This document shows, piece after piece, positions 11,802 through 22,839 of a DNA stretch of 64,000 nucleotides. Made by a program: the position numbers and the translations under genes. Position 1 is the stretch's first letter. Every line of letters starts with the position of its first letter. The stretch covers positions 248,001 through 312,000 of the forward strand of contig OZ374565.1 in the NCBI GenBank assembly GCA_977862235.1. The letters run 5' to 3'. The notes under the pieces are model-generated. The model saw nothing but the letters and a program-made list of their open reading frames with translations, ran no database searches and was not told where the DNA came from. This DNA is from Dudresnaya verticillata. Lineage: Eukaryota.

Positions 11802-12236
11802 TCTGACACGTCGTCGTCGCCATGCAGCCGCGCGCGCGGGAGCTCAGGAGTAGCTTACAGGCGCATGCGTGTAGCATTGTGGGTGATCCGGATTCGGATC
11901 CAGATCCCTACCAGCATTGCTGGCGCGCGGCCATTACAGGCGCGCTCCTTACATCACTGTGGATCCCGATGCCGGATCCCGATGTCCCATCCGGATCCGA
12001 TCCGGATCCGGGCCAGGCTTACAGGCGTGCGCCTTGCGCCTGGCCGATCCGGATCGTGCATCTGGATCTGGCCGTACAGTGGGCGCGTGCGCCGCGCCGG
12101 GTAACGGCGGCCGTATGCCCGTGGGCCAACCGTCCATGACGTGTTCGCTCGCCAACGGCGGTCGACGTGCCGTCAGTAGACGTTGGTATATAATACGCTC
12201 ACAGAGAAAAAGGGGCAGCCCTCCCCTTGCACTACA
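11802..12236 (-). repeat. Inverted copy of the first 435 bp of the element D LTR (right terminus of the insertion)
   Basis: Reverse complement of 5241..5675 with few substitutions. Confidence 0.93.
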
Positions 12237-14925
12237 AGCACGTGTTTCGCCTCCCTGGATTTCGTGTCGGGTTATTGGCAGCTTCCACCGCATCCCGATT
12301 CCTACACCGCGTGTGGCGTCATCACACCGCGCGGGGTAATGATATCAAAACGCGTGTTGGATGATCTGGCGAACGCCCTGGCTTTTTCCAGAGCTCGGTC
12401 GAGCCTCTATTCGCCAGCCTGCGTGATTTTCTGAAGGCATGGCTGGACGATTTCAGCCTTCACGCCCCATCCCAGGAGATTCTTTTGGACAATCTCGAGA
12501 TTTTTCTCTGCATTTGTAAGGAGAAGAGATTGTGGCTTTCCGCACGGAAATGCAAACTCTTTCGCAAGAAACTTCGCTGGTACGGTCGCATTGTGTCTGG
12601 AGAAGGGTACACACTCGACCCCACACGTCTTTCGGGTTTGCAAGAAATGGGAACCCCGAAGACTGCGGAAGAACTTGCGCAGTTCATCTACTGCTATCGC
12701 TGGATGTCGCTCGCCATCCCCGACTTCGCGCGCCGCATCGCGCCGCTCAACAACATCTGGGAAGAGGCGTACGCCAAATCTGGAAGCGTACGAAGAGATC
12801 TATCCGCACGATCGCGCTCAGTAACCTGTCTTGGGGGTCCCCGCATGAGAAGGCATTTCTCGATCTTCAAGACAGCCTACGGACCGCTGTCACCCTCTCT
12901 TATCCGGATCCGGACAAAGCTATTTGCGTATTCACCGATGCGTCCGAACGGTTCTGGTCTGTCGTTGCCACGCAGTGCGACGAATTAGATCTGAAGAAGC
13001 CGGTCGGCGAACAGAAGCATGAACCCCTCGCATTTTTGGGTTCCCAGTTTACAGGCGCATCGTTGAACTGGTATACCTTCGAGAAAGAAGGATTCGCGGT
13101 GTTCCAGACCTTTGAGAAACTCGACTACATGCTGCTTGGTCACGCGCGTACTCACGCGTTCACGGATCATCGAAATCTAATGTTCGTGTTCGCACCTCTT
13201 GCGCTGGAACCAGCTCTTGGAAGGCACATTGTCTCAAAAGTTCAACGTTGGGCTCTGTACTTGTCCAAGTTCAGCTACGTCATTGAGCACATCAAGGGAG
13301 AAGAAAATGTGTTTGCAGATATTCTTACTCGCTGGGTCAAGGGCTACCGCAACGAGAAGTCAATGCTATGCAGCGTTATACTCGGAGAAGCTGAACAGCT
13401 CATCCCTGCCGCCGACGCAATTGTCTGGCCGGATATCGAAGTGATTCGCGACTCACAAGCGTCTCACACACGCACTGAAGGAGTTCTCCTTGACGAGGAT
13501 GACAGATTGTGGAAGAAAAGAAATCTCTTCTAGATTCCGAAGGAGGACCTCGAACTCAAGCTCACAGTAATTGTGTGTTCACACTGTGGTACAATCGGAC
13601 ACCTGGATGCAACCAAGAGCATCATACTCGAGAACTTTTGGTGGGAGACCAAGAAGGAGGATGTCGACGAGTTGGCTCGCGGATGCCTACACTGCATCGT
13701 AACTCGTACGGGGGAGATCGTCCCGAGACCGCTCGGACACGCTCTGCACGGCGAACGCCCTAATGAAGTTGTCCACGCCGATTTCCTTTCCATGGATCAA
13801 GGTGTGGACGAGAAGAAATACGTCCTCATCATACGGGACGACTTGTCCTCGTAAATCTGGCTTTGGCCAACAGACGAGGCGGACGCCAACGCTGCCGCTG
13901 CTGTCCTGAACTCCTGGGTTGGCAGCTTTAGTTCTATGGATTGGCTGGTCAGCGATCAGGGCTCCCATTTCAAGAACAAACTACGCAAGGAGATGGTGGA
14001 AGAACTGCGTTCGCAACATCATTTCACCACGGCTTATTCTCCGTGGGCGAACGGTTCCGTCGAGAGAGTTTGCCGCGAAGTCCTTCGTGCGTGCCGCGCG
14101 CTGCTCAGCGAATGGAAGCTATCGCCGAAGGATTGGCCTACAGTAACCGAGTAGAACATCATCAATCAAGCTCCGTTTCGGAAGCTCGGCTTCGCGACGT
14201 GGAAGTGCCAGGTGTACACCGCACTCCGCTCGAGGTCTTCACAGGACATCGATCTGTGCGTCCTCTACTGAGAGCCTTACCGAAGAACAAGTACCGGTCG
14301 GCCAAAACAATCGAAGAGCTACGCGCACGCGCGCTTCTAAACATTGATCAACTCCAGGATGCGTTGTTCAACGTTCATCGAGATGTGAAAGAGATCTCAA
14401 GTGCTGCGCGGAAGAGAAAGGTTGACCAACACAACAAGCGCACGAACGTTCACCGCGCTAACTTCATCGAAGGCGACTTTGTCCTCGTTCATCGCGCTCA
14501 GCCCGGTGGACACATGCTGAAATTGGTTTGGCGAGGACCTCGCCGCGTCACACAAGTCCGTTCGGAATGGGTCTTCGAGATACAGAACCTCATAACGGAC
14601 AAAAGGGAAGTGGTGCACGCGCGCCGCTTACACCTTTACCGCTCGGATATGGATGGCAAGGAAGTCCTTCCTGCACTGCTTAAAGCTGCGGAGCACTCCG
14701 AGACAAGCTACCAGATTGCCGAACAAATACGCGACATCAGCGAAGTTGATGGGAACTCCAGATTCACTTGGAGTGGAGTGGGCTCCCCGATGAGGTCGAC
14801 TGGACCTGGGAAACCTTTCGCCAAGTCTTCGAGGACATGCCTGGACTGCTCGAAGATTTTCTCCACACTGCCGGGACCCGCAGTCTCAAACGACGCGCGC
14901 TCGCGCAATGCAATTTCTCGTAACC
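12237..14925 (+). pseudogene. pol: Element A pol, RT C-terminus, RNase H, integrase and chromodomain (frameshifts and stops)
   Basis: LDFVSGYWQ; KAWLDDF near 12435; RNase H FTDAS, EKEGFAV, FTDHRNL, NVFADILTRW. IN: H..GH..CLHC, VHADF, VSDQGSHF, WANGSVER, WRGP. Chromo-like LEWSGLPDEVDWTWE near 14770. Confidence 0.92.
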
Positions 14926-14964
14926 AAGCTTCTTTGTTCACGCTGAACAGAAGCTTGGGGGCAC

Positions 14965-15574
14965 TGTTACACATAGCGCTCGCACTGTTTGGGAGCACTC
15001 CCTACAATGGGATCCCAAAGCGCACACGCGACGCTGCAGGGTAATTCCCTAGAATGGGAGCCTGCTGGGGAACGCACTGCTGAACAATGGCAGACCCCAC
15101 GGCCGATCATGGCTATCGCGCACAGACCTGGTGAACCTGCACAAGGCAGAACTGCCGGTCTGACAAGGCGAATTTGCGTCCCTTCGGACAACCCTCTACA
15201 TCTTATTGGCTAACTCTCAGGGTCCCCTAACAACAGGATTCAGACCTGAATGACTTTCCGTCCGTCCCCGACCCTCTGTGGGACGGCGGGTGTGAACACA
15301 TCCACCTGTTCAGGTCTATCTGACTTGGAGCGGATCCCGCGAGCATGCGGGCCACAAATACTGTGGGTCGCTTTGAGCCGTCCGGCTGTAGAAATAATAA
15401 AGGCAGCACGCTGGCGTCGAACGACGACGACGAGGGACAACACACCACTCCTCATCCACGCCGTGACTTTGCCTTCCACTTTGCCAACCCCAACTTTCTC
15501 TCTACCGACCTTTTACTTTTCCTTTTCGCGTTCGCGATCTACTGCTTCGAAGGCAAAAGCGGTTACGCGTCACA
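14965..15574 (+). repeat. Element A 3' LTR
   Basis: Direct repeat of 1713..2322, preceded by a PPT. Confidence 0.95.
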
Positions 15575-17032
15575 AGAGCAATGAGGAAGCGATGATTCTT
15601 TTTAATGAATGTGTACGGTGGTCTTATGCGTGGGGCTGTTCCCGACAGGCAAGCATACCGGTGGGGTTTGGGTCTATCCTATGGAAGGGTTTGAGTTATG
15701 TGAGAACCTAAAGGGTTTTTTGGGGGACCCGAAAGGGTAAATTCGTGCCTGCAGGCGTCTCGGATGGACGAGATTGCACCGACGATGGCGCAGAGATTAC
15801 ATGCGCCAAGTGATGGTAGCGAAAGGGCTTTCAGAGAATGGGCCAGGAGTTGGGCTTCTTCGTCGAAAAATGGGTACCGAGGCGGGATGAGGAACGTCCA
15901 GACGTGCCACTGATTTCCGCTTTCCTCCTCTGCGGTTCGACAACTTCAAGACAGGTGCTAACCGGTTTGCAGAGTACACAGGGCCAGGGAATCGCCCAGA
16001 TAATTCCGCAAACCATTCTTGTAGCAGCGCTTCGCGCAATTCCCTCTGCGCTCCTGTGTGTCGGGGTGCTTGGCACCAAAAACACGTTGTGTAGTCTTAA
16101 CAGCAAGTGTTATTTGAGCAAGCCGGGAGCTCAGAAGTTTTGCTACGTCAACAAGGTTTCGTAACCCGCGCGCATCATAGTGCCCTAAAACGTATGCTGA
16201 GCGTTAGAAAAGGATGTTCGATGCGGAAGAGGTCCCTGAGATCCTGCTAACGTGTGGCAGTGGTAACAAAATTGCCGTCAGGAACGCAAAAGCTGCTCTA
16301 GAAGTCACTCAGAGGGACACAGGTGTAGAGAAACCTCGGGGTAGAGGACAGGAGTCCGTCTACAGTACGTTTAATGTGGTGAAGTGGGGTCGGCTGCGTA
16401 CGAGCGCAGATGAAGTGCCTAGATACGCAGGGTAGTGTGCAATCGCAAGCGTAGGTTCAGATGCCGCAGGTCTTCACTTAGGCTGAAATGTATAGGACTA
16501 TTGCCGATTGGCATCACAACACTTTACGTATTTGTACAGACGGACCTACGCTGTATAGCGACTAACTTACCCAAGAGCCGGCAGCTCACACTGTTGCTCA
16601 GTCAGCAGTGGCTGCGACGCTTCCCCGGCTCGGGTTCACGGAGAGCGCCTCTGGGTGGCGCTTCGGCCAAAAGACACAGCCAATCATGGCGGTTTACATT
16701 TACGGTGCCGTCACGAAACGCAAACCGCGAAGCTCCGCACCAATTACAAAGCGGAGCGCCGCTTAACATTAATTTTGTGCACTCTACAGTACGCACTGTA
16801 CTCTAATTTATGGGAAAATTCCCCCGGTCAAGGACACGCGATGGACTCCGCGATAAGTTAGAGCGAGGATGGTATGCCGCGGCACGGAGGGGAAGGGTAT
16901 TCGGTCAATGCAAAGTTTACTTAGGCGTTACAACGCGGAAAGGTCCACTAGCTAATCGGGCGCTCCCCCACTCACACCAATCTACTATCCCTAGGGAGCG
17001 TCCGATGCGAGCACTACAATGAGGAAATGACG

Positions 17033-19363
17033 TCAGTCCGAGTCAGAGTCCATTAGGTCAATGACTTCGTTTGGGCGCAACGGCGGATTCGCAACGGGGC
17101 CTTGCCCTGGCATCATGGTCACGCGACGGACCTCGCGTACCATGCGACGACCGCGGCCGCGCCGAGCTCCGACTCCCCGCGCCGTAACTTCACCACCCGC
17201 CTCGCTAGGCCCGGAATCTCCATCGCCAGACGGCGCGTCACCCTCCTGGACACCCATGTCCTCTTCCTAGAGCTCCTCCTTGAGCAGCAGCTCCGTCTTG
17301 ACAATAACCTCTTGCGGCTCAGCCGCCGCCGGGGGAGATTCAACGGCGTTAGCAGGAAGGGTCAGCTCGAGTTGCAAACCATGGCCAGCGGGCACTTCTG
17401 GCACGGGTAGGTTGACCGTTACCTCCATGGGTGAAGAAGTCGGGGCGCTCTCCTCAACGGCTCCTACCGCCAGCTGCGAAGCTGCAGCGGTTGGAGAATT
17501 GGTATGCGGACCCGAGGTAGCGACGGAAGACCCTTCACGCGGAACAGCGGATGTATCGGCAAGCGTGCCCTCGCGCGGATCCGCACCCTGTCTACCACCG
17601 ACTGGTGCCACGGGAGCACCCATACTTGGCAGCGAAACAGCGCGACTGTCTTGATGACCCAAGCCCAAACGGGAACGGCGCTGAAGTCGCGGGTCTCTTG
17701 AAACGGAAGCGGAAGCTGAGGCGCTCGGCGTGCTCGCCGCAGCTGAAGGATCTGCCACAGCGGAACCCAACACACTCGGCGCGCTCGCCGCAGCCGAAGG
17801 GCCTGGAGCCACGGCACTCGTCGGAGCTTCCTGAGCCTGCTCCGACTCCACGACGGTCTGCTGACCGACAGGCGGAAGCGCGGCTAACGACGCCTTCAAC
17901 GCCTCGATGGGCCCCGGTGAGCTCACCCAGTTCGACTCATAGTTGCAAAGGACGTCTTCGACCCAATCCGCGAGACTGTAGAGAGTCAGATGGGTCACCT
18001 CCCAATGGACAGCCAAGCGGATGGCGAGACCTCGACGGTTGAATAAGTCCCGAATGGCGGCATCAGCCCTTGCGACGTTTCGCACTCTGGGTGCGTACGG
18101 ACCCTGGGGCTGTCCCGACACAGTAGTGTCCATCGGCGGCACGTCAGCCGGAGTCGCGGGAGCCTCGCCGGAAGCACTATGCCAGTCTTCGGTGTAACCA
18201 GTCATGCGCTCACCGGTGTCAACGAGAAGCGTCTCACCTTCGGCGGGTTGCGGTTGCAGCAGATACTACGGTAGGAGAGGGTGCCACTGCACCGGGTCGA
18301 AGTCGACCCAATCACCACGGTCGTACACCGGCGTCACAAACCCGGTATCCTCCGGAAGGTAGCGATTGCGCTTGCTCACACGACTCCAACGAATGCGTTC
18401 GACGAACACGAGGAGCGCCTCCAAATCCGTAGCGTCGACAGCTGTCGTGGTGAGTAGGCCAATTCCAAGTCCCCGGATCTCGGTGCGCAGACCTGCGTTG
18501 ATGTAATACAAGTACCCCCGACGGGCTTCATACATGAAGGTCTGCGCCACCATCACCACCCATTCGCTACGGAAGATCATCCACAAGAGGCCATGATGAT
18601 AGCTTTCGTGCATCATATCAAGGCCTCTATACGCCACGACTGGGGGTGTGCCGACAGGCATGGAGTAGGAAACTTCGTACTCACGATGATCCGTGGGAAT
18701 AGGGACGTACTTCCCCGTGTAGAACTCGGGCTTGATGGCCACCACTTCTTGGCAGTGCGCCGGCACGAAGCACCCGGTCCGATGACGATGACGACGCTCG
18801 AAGCGAAGGAGCTCGCGAGACATCACTGTCTGCGGATTGTCCAATGCGTACTTGAAGTTGGACGTCTCGTCCCACCACGTAATGCGCGCCATCGTGAATG
18901 GATAGTTATCCCGACCGGGGCGGATGAGTGGTCGTTCAAAAGCGACCAACTCCAGGCTGTAGCCTCCCTTCGCGTGGAACTCAATCAGCTCCGGCATGAA
19001 CTCCATGAAGGCTTGAGAGTGGTGCTCCACGTAACGTTGCTCGAAGAGGAAGCGCACCATCGCGAGGTCCCACTTGTGGTTCGTTGGCAACGGCGGAAGC
19101 GCGATATTGGTCCCTCGCAGGATACCAATTCGCTCACGAATGAGAAACTCCCACGAGCGGGCTTGAGCGCGATGACGGCCATAACGGCGGATATCTTCAC
19201 GACGCGCACCGGCGGTGGCCCGAATATGGGTGAGGTCCGTTCGGAGCAGCCAGTCGCGGCTCTTCGTGATAGACAAAGGCACACCTGCCGCATCAACGCC
19301 AAACCCGAGGACAGCCGAGCTAGAGCCCGCCTGCCCATACGGGAGGTTGGGAGTCGTCGCCAT
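17033..19363 (-). pseudogene. Antisense accessory ORF of element B (~776 codons, two in-frame TAG stops), unknown function
   Basis: ORFs 18266..19363, 17267..18205 and 17033..17257 share one frame and read through as LLP*YLLQ and EEL*EEDMGV. Aromatic-rich N-terminal region, then an A/P/S-rich tail. Confidence 0.75.
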
Positions 19364-19855
19364 GCGGGCCGAAAAGAGTAGTGAAGCGGAGCGCCGCGCG
19401 GATGAGATCTTCTACTTGAGTTCTTCTCCCTGAAGCTTGAAAACTTGAAGGTCTTCTGCCTGAGGTCTTCTACCTGAAAGCTTGAGCCTGAGACTTGATG
19501 GTCTTCTCCCTGAGATTCTTGAAGGTGTAGCAACACCGGCACAACCGGCCGCGCCAACAAGGCGATGAGAAGCGACGGCGAAGCGCGCAGTCGCGTGAGC
19601 ACCGCTCCGAAGCAGCTCGCGGAAGCGCCGCTGCGTACGACGCCGTGCAGGGAAGGGCGAGCGCGATTCGCGTTATGAAAGGAAAGACGCGCACGCCGCG
19701 TGGGAGTAATGAAGGATGAAGGCCGGAGGGCGACAAAGGAGGAGAGAGAAGGAAGCCGATGGCGCAGCGCAGCTGGGAACGTTGAAGAGCGTTGAGTTGC
19801 TGCGGGCTGTTGATGCCGAGACGTGAGAAGTCGCAATCGGGTTGCAACCCTTTGC

Positions 19856-19862
19856 TTATATA
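19856..19862 (-). promoter_or_regulatory. Candidate TATA box for the element B antisense ORF
   Basis: TATATAA on the minus strand in GC-rich DNA about 500 bp upstream of the ATG at 19363. Confidence 0.4.
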
Positions 19863-20138
19863 GCCGCGCCGCCGCGCCAAAATTGGCTCACGCAAACTCG
19901 TGAGCCGCAATGCTCACGAGTCGCCGACGTCGAGACGGGCGTGCCCGCACACTGAGGTGATGGCCCGCGATGACACGCATGTAACCCGGGCCTGCACGGC
20001 CGCTGGCCCGACTTAATTCCCCACCGGGCGCGATACATAGACAGACGTTGGGCGCTCAACCGCTCAGGAAGGAGATTTAAGATTCAGAAACCGCCAATCA
20101 TAGCCTCGCGGGCCGCTTCGGTCTTCAGAGGGGGGCTG

Positions 20139-20939
20139 TGTGGCAGTATGGACGCTGTCAGCAGAAGGGCTTACAGAAGCGCACTTCTTTTCGCGGGACA
20201 GACTGTCCCTTAATCAGGACAGCTGTCCTTTCATCGCTGTACACGTGGATGACACTTGGGATACACGTGTGTACACGTGGACTTACAGCTGCACACGTGG
20301 CATACACGTGGCCTTGTAATGACGCCAGTTGGGCGTCTCGTATTGGCTGATTTATGACGCGCCGCTGCGCTCCTACTCACGGACGAGGAGCACCTCTGCG
20401 CTCAGGGTATCGACAGTGCAGCCGGGACCTCGGCTTGCGCACCGGCGCATCCGCCACCAAGTCCCCTAACTGGAATGCATTCCCACTTTTGACTTGTACT
20501 GACTGTACTAATCTTTGTATCTATAATCGTAGACTAACTTATACCCCCTTTTGGGCTGATAGAGTTTTCGGCTGTCAAGCCCTACTTATGGGCGCCGGAA
20601 TAGCCGGCGCCCTCAGAATAAACACTCAGCGGAGTTGTCCGGGAAGTTTCCATCTTTTGGTCGCTCGGACGCTCCGCGCCTGCAGGGGTCGCCCAGTACA
20701 GGCCCGGACATCGTACGACAAGTACTCTACGAAACACCGGGTCGCAACCTCTATACTTTCCTTCAGTCGGTCGCGCCGAGTCTTTACCTTGCTTCCGCAC
20801 CCCCCCTTTCGGGTCATCAGGGCCCGCCTTTTCCAAGCCTCTACCAATCCTCCCTCGAGCTACCACCAATTAGCGTGTGACATCGGACAGCTGTCTTTTC
20901 TTGTTCTTTGCTGTTTCTGGCCGCTGCCATACTGCTACA
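20139..20939 (+). repeat. Element B 3' LTR (801 bp)
   Basis: 13-bp imperfect inverted termini TGTGGCAGTATGG / CCATACTGCTACA, preceded by a PPT. Confidence 0.85.
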
Positions 20940-21265
20940 GCTCACACCGCGGAAGGGCAAGGCTAAGGTTGATAAGAACAACAGGTCCAAAGACGGTCAG
21001 AAAGGCAGTGCTACCGACCGGGGAAACTCCGTAAACAATGCAGGGAAGGACCGGGAACGTCCTGCGCCTATTTTTCTAAACGAGGTCTGTGCGAAGAAGT
21101 GGAAGCTCCATCCTGGAGGGGTTCGTAATTGCCCGTTCACCGACCCTGAGAAGGCTGAGGCCGTGATCAAGGAACACATTACCCGCAAGTGAGATAAGGC
21201 TGAGGAGGCAAGGCAGGTTCGCTTCGACCAACAAGACATTTATGTGAATACTACGCTAATGGGAG

Positions 21266-21939
21266 TGTGGTGTAGTGAGCCGAGGCGCGCATGCGGCACG
21301 CCGACGGCGAGCGAACCGTAACGGGTGATGTGGCAATACGCCACGCTGATGATCTGGCAACTGTAATCGTGGCGGGTGTGTGCGCATTACTGTGCACTTG
21401 TCTGCATCGCTGTACTGTAAGTGGAGCGCACCAAACGTAGCGGAGTATTTGTAGTCTTTATTCTTTATTTTTAGTGAGTCTGTGTACAGTGTGTAGAGTA
21501 GCGCGCCAGCCAATGAGAATGCTGCGCATGTCCGTGTCGGAGATTCGGACCAGCAGGGCCAATTCCACCATAGGACCAGACCACTAGGGTCCGGCCCCCA
21601 CGGACCGGACCGCTCGGTGCCACCCTGACTTGTATATCAGGGCGGCACCGCAGCGGCTCCTAAGGTAAAGGGGTAAGCAACCTTAGCCCAATCCTTTGCG
21701 GTTTTCTCCGCGCCGAGCCCGTTGCAGTCTACCACCACCACCGTTACGGAGTCCGTCCCGGCACTTGTACCACCCCCTTGTCTGTTGCTTCCGAATATCC
21801 GTCTCGGTTAGCCGCTCGCTGTACTCCCGTTTCGGTGCGAACTGCTCTACCACCCCGTGGAGGTAGTGTTGCTCTCGTCCGTTAAGGAAAGTCAGGCCAG
21901 CTGTCCGTCTCGGAGTTCGTTGGTTTTCACTACACCACA
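21266..21939 (+). mobile_element. Solo LTR (674 bp), same family as the element F LTR
   Basis: TGTGGTGTAGTGA..TCACTACACCACA with perfect TSD GGGAG (21261..21265, 21940..21944). Shares GCCAGCCAAT(G/A)AGAATGC with 26358..27043. Confidence 0.92.
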
Positions 21940-22065
21940 GGGAGCTACATTCGCTGGGCTAGTGGAACGCACGACGTGTGCTGATGGCGTTTCAGACATA
22001 AATTTGATGCCGCCAGGACTGTATGCCACACTTCTAGAGAAGAGAGCAGACATGTCAGTGAAGAC

Positions 22066-22839
22066 TGTAATATAGACGTCGGGTCGATCTGACGTCTGGT
22101 ACTTGCTGGTCCGAAGCCGCCAAACAGACCCGTCGATGGGTAGCTGTTGGGGTTGGTAGAGCGGTGTCGGCCGCGTGCGCCCCGCAGGTGCGGATCGACG
22201 ACGTCGATGCCGAAGCGCGCACGGGGCGTACCGTACGTGGGTAGGCAGCGGCCGGATCCCAGCGTTCCTGTCGAAGGGCGGCACGAAGCCGACGGAAAGG
22301 AAAAGGAAAGGGGAAAGCCTAGCGAGGCAAGGTGAAAAAGGGAAACCGCCCGCTGGCGTACGGCATAGGGATCGAACCCGAAAAGGCTGGGGGCAAGCTT
22401 CAGCGCGAGCTGTTGCTTACCCGGTTTACTGAGCCGTCGATGGCCGACGGTCTTAAATACCCTACACTATGTGCACTACGACTAATTCTACAGTAGGTGC
22501 GCCCCACAACACCAACGCGGGAGGTGTGCGAGCGCGCGCCCATACACGTGTCGACACGTCCGGGTAACGGTTACCCGTGGGCGCGCGCGGGGCGTAACGG
22601 GCAGCGGCCCTCTCAACGGCTCGATGCCGGAGAGCGTCACAGGGGCGCGCCATGTGCGGCACGGCGCGTGGCCGCTGCCGGCAGCAATGCGGTCGACCGC
22701 TACTAATTCAACGAAAAAACGAAGGGCACGCTGCCCAACCACGACTCGCCAGCGGGCGTCATCGTGTGCACCCTTACAGTGCAGAGCTGCCAGCATACCT
22801 TACAGCCGCTGCTGGTAGGGTGCTGACAGCTATACTACA
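22066..22839. mobile_element. Solo LTR (774 bp) in the element C protease region
   Basis: TGTAATATAG..CTATACTACA with perfect TSD AAGAC (22061..22065, 22840..22844). Confidence 0.92.

Larger units (their letters stand above)
5241..12236. mobile_element. Composite insertion (D/E) with 435-bp terminal inverted repeats and 5-bp TSD, inside element A RT
   Basis: Starts TGTGGTGCAAGGG, ends CCCTTGCACTACA. TSD AGCAC at 5236..5240 and 12237..12241. Excision restores RT DFSGS-TCFASLDFVSGYWQ. 5241..5675 is the near-exact reverse complement of 11802..12236. Confidence 0.93.
1713..15574 (+). mobile_element. Element A: degenerate Ty3/Gypsy-type LTR retrotransposon (gag-PR-RT-RH-IN-chromodomain) with two nested insertions
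   Basis: 610-bp direct LTRs TGTTACAC..GCGTCACA at 1713..2322 and 14965..15574. Purine-rich AGAAGCTTGGGGGCAC precedes the 3' LTR. Domain order is PR-RT-RH-IN. Flanks GACAG/AGAGC are not a TSD. Confidence 0.95.
1..19826 (+). repeat. Copy 1 of a large near-identical direct segmental duplication (partner 40778..64000)
   Basis: Base 1 onward matches 40778 onward (offset 40777). After the variable insert the offsets are 44160, 44166 and 44174. ORF translations are nearly identical between copies. Confidence 0.97.
15575..20939 (+). mobile_element. Element B: 3' half of an LTR retroelement (non-coding tract, antisense ORF, PPT, 3' LTR)
   Basis: PPT AGAGGGGGG then an 801-bp LTR. No gag/pol or 5' LTR remains, so the left boundary is inferred. 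Confidence 0.65.

Noticed and set aside
15575..17030. Short ORFs downstream of the element A 3' LTR
   Set aside because: No domain-like content; treated as non-coding interior of element B.
17033..19363. env-like gene
   Set aside because: Antisense orientation, with no evident signal peptide or transmembrane segment.
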